A stretch of 64,000 nucleotides of DNA from Iphione sp. A-MEVVRFRX5 (lineage: Eukaryota): the NCBI GenBank assembly GCA_976226885.1, contig OZ320315.1, positions 57,412,001 through 57,476,000 on the forward strand, written 5' to 3'. Shown in pieces: positions 50,349-57,700 of the stretch. Made by a program: the position numbers and the translations under genes. The notes under the pieces were generated by a model that saw only the letters and a program-made list of their open reading frames with translations, searched no databases and was not told the DNA's origin. Positions within the stretch are counted from its first letter, which is position 1. Each line of letters begins with the position of its first letter.

Positions 50349-51747
50349 GGAGGAATTACCCACAGGGGCACCGCGGCCGCGAGGACGAGGGACGCGCTCT
50401 GCTCCTCGGGGAGGACGCGTAGGACGTACCGTTCCCCATGAGCGGTCCCCCGCGAGAGGAGACTCCAGCACTGAAGACGAGGAAGTGCGGATCGGGACGC
50501 ACCGCGTGCCGCGGGGCCGCAGCACCCCCCTGCGGCGCGGCACCCGGCCGTGCCGCAGCACCCCATCGTGCCGCAGCGGCACAGCACTGTCCGACGAGGA
50601 CCATTCGTCGAGCCGCAGCAGCAGTGAGGATTCTTCCGTGTCCAGCGGGGCTGGCTCACCCCGTGGGAGGAGCAGCGGCGACGCCACACCGGGGACCCCC
50701 GCCGGGGTGGGGGGGCATGCAGCCGGGGCGGCGAACCCCCGCGACCCCGCTACCCCGGCCCCCCCGCCGCCAGCGGCGCCGCCGGCCGGTCTTTCCCCGT
50801 CCAACCCGAGCCCGGGTGGGGGCGGGCACGGAAATGCCGTACAGCTGATGCGGGGACTGATGGATGAGATCCAGTCCGCTCTCCGGCCCACCCCCCCGGT
50901 GCCCCCGACTCGCCGGTTCCACGTCAAGCCGGAACCCTTCAGTGGAGGGGTCCCCCTTGCAGAGTACCTGCATCACTTCTCCCTGGTAGCCCGGGCCAAC
51001 CGTTGGGATGAAGCGGAGCAGGCGCTGCAACTCAGCGTGTGCCTCAGGGGCTCGGCGCAGTCTGCCCTCCGCTCTGCCAACGTGGATGTGTCAGCGGAGG
51101 GGGCGTTCGCGACCATTGTCGAAACCTTGCGACAGAGGTTCCAGTCGGAGGATCGAGCCCAGTATTATGAGCAGGAATTAAAACAGCGTCGCCAGAAGAA
51201 GGACGAGGACGTCCAGAAATTAGCCGAGGAGATCGAGAGGCTGGTACGGCAGGCCTACCCCGAGGCCGAAGGCTCCTGGCTGGATCGAATGTGCAAGGAC
51301 GCCTTCGTCTCGGCCCTCCGCGAAGAGCGTTGCCGGAGGTGGGTCGTGCAGGCTAAAGCTCGGTCCTTCCAGGCGGCCATCTCGGAGGCGCTTTTGGCCG
51401 AGTCGTACCACCGCGCCGAGAAGGAACGCAGTCCGGGGACTGGGGCGACGCGGGTCCATGCGGCACAGGCTGAATCTCAAGAGGTGGCGGCCGCCAGCCA
51501 TGACACCAAGACGACAACCGGATTGGAGCGCATTGAGCAACTCCTGGCAAAGCTACTAGAACAGCCCGCGGCCGCCGCCTCCCCCGTTAGGCGAGGCGGA
51601 AAGCGCGCGAGCAATGAAGGATGCTTTTACTGCAAGGAGCCCGGGCACTTCAAGCGGGACTGCCCGGCGCGGAAAGCGGCCGAGGGCGTCGCCGAAGCGG
51701 CCCCGTCGCAGCCGGAAAACGAGAAGCCGCCCGCCCCGGCTCAGTAG
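50347..51747 (+). CDS. gag: Gag (capsid plus CCHC nucleocapsid)
   Basis: KPEPFSGG...HFSLVARANRW...LRQRF capsid-like core and CFYCKEPGHFKRDC knuckle. The ORF is open from an ATG at 50302 in U5; 50347 (gggATGg) is the likely start. Confidence 0.93.
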   Translation: MEELPTGAPRPRGRGTRSAPRGGRVGRTVPHERSPARGDSSTEDEEVRIGTHRVPRGRSTPLRRGTRPCRSTPSCRSGTALSDEDHSSSRSSSEDSSVSSGAGSPRGRSSGDATPGTPAGVGGHAAGAANPRDPATPAPPPPAAPPAGLSPSNPSPGGGGHGNAVQLMRGLMDEIQSALRPTPPVPPTRRFHVKPEPFSGGVPLAEYLHHFSLVARANRWDEAEQALQLSVCLRGSAQSALRSANVDVSAEGAFATIVETLRQRFQSEDRAQYYEQELKQRRQKKDEDVQKLAEEIERLVRQAYPEAEGSWLDRMCKDAFVSALREERCRRWVVQAKARSFQAAISEALLAESYHRAEKERSPGTGATRVHAAQAESQEVAAASHDTKTTTGLERIEQLLAKLLEQPAAAASPVRRGGKRASNEGCFYCKEPGHFKRDCPARKAAEGVAEAAPSQPENEKPPAPAQ

Positions 51748-54700
51748 GGCGGGCGGCGTCCGATTCCGTACCCTCCGGCCTGGGCCCCCCCTTGGAGGCG
51801 ATGGTCGCCGCCGTCGAGGGGGAAACCAGGAGGGTACTGCAGGGAAGGAGGAGGACGGGGTGCCGGGGAGTACTGTTAGAAGGAGAAGTTGGCGGACAGG
51901 TGGTGGACTGGCTGGTGGACACGGGGGCCTCCGCTTCCCTCCTCTCGGCACGGTCCTACCGAGAATTACAGGGGGTGTCATTGGACCCGGCGGGGGCACA
52001 AGTCTTCGGGGTGGATGGCAGCGCCCTACAAGTGTTGGGGCTGGTGGATTGCGAAGTCCGGTTCGCAGGGGCCACTCTACGGGTGGTGGCTATCGTGGTA
52101 GAGATGGAGATACCGGGCCTACTTGGGTTGGACTGGCTGGATCGGTGGGCGGCCACAGTGGATACGAGGGAGGCCACCGTCACCGTTTGTCCCGGCCACC
52201 GCGAATGGGCAGCCACCCTGCGAGCCAGCGGCAGCCAAGAGATTCCTGCAGGAGGCATAGGCTGGGTGCAAGCGAAGGCGTGTCAAGGAGGGGTCGACTC
52301 TTTGGAAGGGTTGACAGAGGCTGACGCCCAGTTCGAGTCACGCTCGGGACTACGAGTGGCGCGCGCGCTGGTACGACCCCAGGAGGGGAGGGTGTGGGTT
52401 CCAGTGTGGAATCCCGGCCCCCAGGCGACACGAGTCTTCGAGGGAACCCGGCTGGCCGAGCTCAGCCGGGTCGCCGCGGTGTTGGGACCACCCGAGCCCC
52501 CCCGGGAGCAGGTAGAGGCAGAACAAGAGCAAGCGGTAGAATACTTGCTAGGGCAACTACCGGCAGAGACCACCGACCCAGAGCGGCAGCAGATAGCGGC
52601 CATGCTGCGGTGCCATCGCGAGGTCTTCCAGACAGCCAGTGGCCCGCTCGGGCGTACCCCGGAGGTCCGACATCGTATCGACACCCAGGGCCACCCACCC
52701 ATTCGTCAACGAGCAAGGCGCCTCCCCCCTCACAAGAGGGAGGCAGTTCGCGCGGAGGTAGACAAGATGGTGCGGAAGGGGGTGCTGGAGCCCTCCACAA
52801 GCCCGTGGGCATCCCCGCTGGTGCTCGTACAGAAGAAGGATGGGGGACTGCGGTTTTGCATCGACTATCGCAAACTCAACGCCGTCACCAAGAAAGATGC
52901 GTTCCCCCTCCCTCGGATAGACGACACCCTTGATGCTCTACAGGGCAGCCAGTACTTTTCCGCGATCGACCTGGCCAGTGGCTACTGGCAGGTCGAGATG
53001 GAGCCGGCGGATGCGGAAAAGACGGCGGTGTGCACCCCGAATGGCCTTTACCAGTTCCGGGTAATGCCGTTCGGCCTCTGCAACGCGCCCTCCACCTTTG
53101 AGCGGCTTATGGAGTCCGTGCTGCGGGGCCTCGTGGGCACCGAGTGCTTAGTGTATCTCGACGACGTGATCGTCCTGGGCCGCTCGGTGGAGGAGATGTG
53201 CACGCGACTAGGCACGGTATTCCAGAGGCTGGAGGAGGCTGGACTCCGCGTCAAAGCATCCAAGTGCCAGCTATTCCAGCGAGAGGTGGCATACTTGGGC
53301 CATCGGGTCTCGGCGGAGGGAGTGGGGGTCGACCCGGAGAAGGTCAGGGCCGTCGCGCGATGGCCCCGCCCCCGGTGCGTAGCAGAACTTCGAAGCTTTC
53401 TAGGACTCTGCTCGTACTACCGCAGCTTTGTGGAGGGGTTTGCCACCCTGGCGGCACCCCTGCACGCCCTGGCTGGAGCGGAGCAGGAGTTCCGGTGGGC
53501 CCCCGCCTGTCAAGAAGCCTTCGAGCAACTGAAGGCTCGGCTGTCCACTACCCCCATCTTGGGTTACCCGACACCTGTGGGACAGCTGCTACTGGACACC
53601 GATGCTTCGGACACCGGCATCGGTGCGGTGTTATCCCAGCTGCAGGAGGGGCGCGAGCGGGTGCTGGCCTACGCCAGTCGCACACTGACTCGCCCAGAAC
53701 GGAACTATTGCGTTACGAGGAAAGAACTCCTGGCGGTGGTGTTCGCCCTCCGGAAGTTTAGATGCTATGTGGGGGGAAGGGCCATTGACATCCGCACTGA
53801 CCACGATTCCTTGCGCTGGCTGTGCAACTTCCACGAACCACAGGGTCAGCTGGCCAGGTGGCTGGAAGAGATCTTCTGCCATGACCTTCGGATCACGCAC
53901 CGGCCAGGGAAGCGCCATGGTAACGCCGACGGACTATCACGACGAGAATGCAAGCAGTGCGGCCGTCGAGAGCTGGAGTCCGAGAGTGCGGCGGCGGTAG
54001 GCATCGCCGGAGTAGAGGGCGGCCCCGACGTGTGCCAGATGCAGAGGGCGGAACCGGCAACGGCCGAGCTCATCCAAGCGCTAGAAGGAGGGGAGCCTCC
54101 CCCTGGGCTGCGGGCTGGACTGACCTGGGAAGAAAGACAGCTCAGAGCGGAGGGCCCGAGACTCGAGCTCCGATCGGGAGCACTGGTGCGCCTCTGGGAA
54201 GAGGAAGACCGGCAGAGGCTCCCCCAGACCTACGTCCCCCGGGCCATACGGAAGAGCCTCTGGCAGGAGACCCATGCCGGCCCAGTGGGCGGCCACCTCG
54301 GTCCGGAGAAGACTGGAGCAGCGCTGCGCCGGCGCTGGTTCTGGCCCGGGATGTCGCGCGACGTTGCACGCTGGTCACAGTGCTGCCAGGCCTGCCAACA
54401 AAGGAAAGGGCCAGGAAGGCGACACCGGGCCCACCTGCAAGGACGCCCTGTGTCGGAGCCGTGGGAAGTGCTGGCGGCCGACATTTTGGGGCCACTGCCG
54501 GTGACGGAGAGAGGAAACAGGTATATCTTGGTAGTGGCCGACCACTTCTCGAAGTGGACCGAGGCGTTCCCTCTGGAGGAGGCCACTGCAGCGGCCACCG
54601 CCGACATCATCGTTAGGGAAGTGGTCTGCCGTTTCGGTCCCCCACGGGTACTCCATTCGGACCAGGGCCGTAACTTCGAGGCGGCTCTGTTCGTGGAGGT

Positions 54701-57700
54701 GCTGCGACTCCTCGGGATAGAGAAATCCCGAACCACCCCGTACCACCCTCAGAGTGATGGGGTGGTCGAGCGATTTAATCGCACCTTGGGGAACATGCTG
54801 GGCACGCTGGCCGAGGAGCGTCGGAAGGACTGGGACCAGGCCCTGCCGTTCGTGATGGCTGCCTACCGGGCCACCCCCCACAACGCTACGGGGGAGTCTC
54901 CGAACCAAACGCTGCTGCATCGGGAGGTGACACTGCCGGTGGAGCTACGCTATGGTGGCCCGGCCCCACCCCTGGTGGATCGCGGGGAGTACGCGAACCG
55001 GATGGCGGAAGAGGTCCGCCGAGCGCATGAGAAGGTGGCGGAGAAATTGAGTCGCGTGGCTGAACAGCAGAAGGACTGGTATAACCGAGGGGTGAGACAC
55101 CAACGGTATGCCGAGGGCGACCGAGTCTGGCTTTTCACCCCGGCTCGCAAGAAAGGGATCTCCCCGAAGCTGCAGAGCTGGTGGGAGGGGCCTTGGACCG
55201 TGGAAAAGGCGTTGTCCGAGGTGGTGTACCGAGTCAGTCGGGGACACCGACAGAGGGTAGTCCATGCCGATCGCCTGAAGATCGCCCACCTCGACCCCCA
55301 GGTGACGTGCGGCGTTCAAGAAGCCGCAGCGGCACAGGACGAGGTGCAGCGGGTTCGAGAAGAAGCCGCAGGGCCGCGCGACCTTACCCCGACGATAGGG
55401 GGCGCCGCAGCCGCATCTCTGCATATAAGAGGCAGCGCGCCGGGGCCCGTCCCGCCGGCCGCAGTACCGCGTGGTTCGACTGCTAGTCTCCAGGCGGCGC
55501 CAGGGGAGCCGCAGGAAGTTGCACCCGAGCGACACCACTCGATCCACAGCGTCGTAATCTACGCCACACGTGTCGAACGCCAGCCTGACGCACTTACACT
55601 CGCCAACCGGAAAATATCGCCCCAAGGCCGCTGCGACAAGGAGGAAGCCGCTGCCACTCAGCATCTGCGTTCAACGAGGGACTCGCCGCAGCAGCACGAG
55701 GTGAGGAATCCACCGTTGGTAGCCGCACATATGGGCGATAACCGGGGTAACGGGAGAAAGCCGCGTTGGGTGAGCGGCGAAGGTCGGGATGCACCCTTGT
55801 TTTTCGATGAAGTGTGTGATAAACCTGTCGCCGCTGCGGAGGGAACTACCTGGAACCGTTACTCTCATGGGTACCTTTCTTCCGCAGCTCGACTGGCGTG
55901 CCGCGCGGGGGTGGACTGTAGCCGCACCATTCCCCTCCGCCGCAGTGGCCGCAGGCTCGCCCGCTCCAGTGGGGTTGACGCGCCCCTGCCGCTGTGCGGC
56001 AAACTGACTGACGCAACGCCGCAGCTTGGGTGCCGGGACGCCGCCGCAGCATCACCGGGCAACGCCCAGCGACGAGAGGATCGCCGCAGTACCGCGCTTA
56101 GCCACCCACGCGGAGAGATCCACGACGCCGCAGAGGCCGACCTTGCCGCACCAGGGCCGATCCAGACCCGCAGTGCCGCTGCGGCCCTCGTTGTTCCACC
56201 ACTGAGCGGCCGTGCGGATTGCGCCTCGCCAGAGCCGCATCGCCGCAGCAACGACATGGCGGACTTGCCCGAGGACGTCCCCCCGCCCGGCGCAGAGAGC
56301 AGCGACTCGGAGTCCTCTGGCGAAGAGGAGCCGGCCGCCCCGGAAGAACGCCGTCACCGTTGCTCCCGCTGCAAGTCTACCTTCGCGCAGCCATCCAACT
56401 TACGCCGCCACCTGAAGGACGTGCATGCGCCGGAGGGGTTGGGCTGGTTGTGCCCCGACCCCGAGTGTGAACAGCAGGCCTTCCATCGGCGCACCGACTG
56501 GAAGCGACACCTGAACGGGGTGCACGAGCCCAACGATTGGGCCCTTACGGTGGACCTCCAGTACCTGCGGTTCTGGGGCCTCAACCCCACCTACGGGGAA
56601 CCGCGGCTCTGCCCGGCCGACAAGATGGAGATGTTGCAGCGAGCCCGGGCCCGGGAAAAGAAGAGCCGGGAGAAGGAGGTGCGTCGGGCAGCGGGCCGAC
56701 TCCCGACGCAGAGGGGGGCCTCCAAGCGGGGCGGTAAGAAAAGAGGGCGCTCCGCTACGCTAGAGGAGGGCAGCGATAGCCGAACCGAGGGACCGCCCGC
56801 GACGACTCCAGGGGCTGCAACCCAGCAGCAGCAGGAGCCCGACGCCGGTCCGTTGGCCGGGCAGCCGGAGGACCAAGCAGGGCCACCATCCGCGCAGCCG
56901 TCGACGTCCACGGGTACGTCGACCCCGTCGGGCCCCCGAGCCATCGGGGGGACGCGGAAGGCCCGGCGGCGACGGGGAGCGTCCACCCGTCAGAGGAGAG
57001 ACCCCCCTCCCAGTTCGTCGGAGGAAGGTGCTCTGCCGTCCGCTCGGGCGCCAGGAGTAGTATCCCGGACGGTGTCGTCGGGCCCGCCGGACGAGGAAGA
57101 GACCATGGCCAGGGATGACGACCAGAGTGGGAGTAGCTGCGCCGGACCCCCCCCACCGCCCGCAACCACCAGAGCGCCGGATCCGAGAGGAGGAGTACCG
57201 CCGCGCCCTCCGGGCGCTGAGGGCGCCACCGTTGCCCTGGAGGGACGAGGGACGGACCTCCCCACAGGTACCCCCCACCGGGGACCGCAAACTCCACCGG
57301 GCCCCCCGCCTAGCAGTAGTTCGGGCCGGGACTCCTCCACCGACGAGGCGCGGCGCTTGGTAAAGGAGTGGGCTGCCAGCGCCCGGCGTGGAGAAGGGGC
57401 TGACCGTCGCGCCCCGGGATCTCCAGCGTCAACTATGCCCGACCCTCCGCCAGACAGTGGGAGAGGAGGGTCCGATGTCTCCGGTCAGACCACGGACCGC
57501 GGCACGGGGACTCCCGACGAGGCGGACGATGTTGGCACTCCTTCCACGGCCGAGCCCTCGCCCCAGGAAGCATTAGGCCAGGGCACTGGCTCTGCGGGAG
57601 CCGCGACCGGAGACAGCCAGGGCAGTGGGGGTTCGGGACCACCACCCCGTCTGGACCAGCGGCTGGCGACTCGCACGTATGCGAGGTCGCACCGCCCTTT

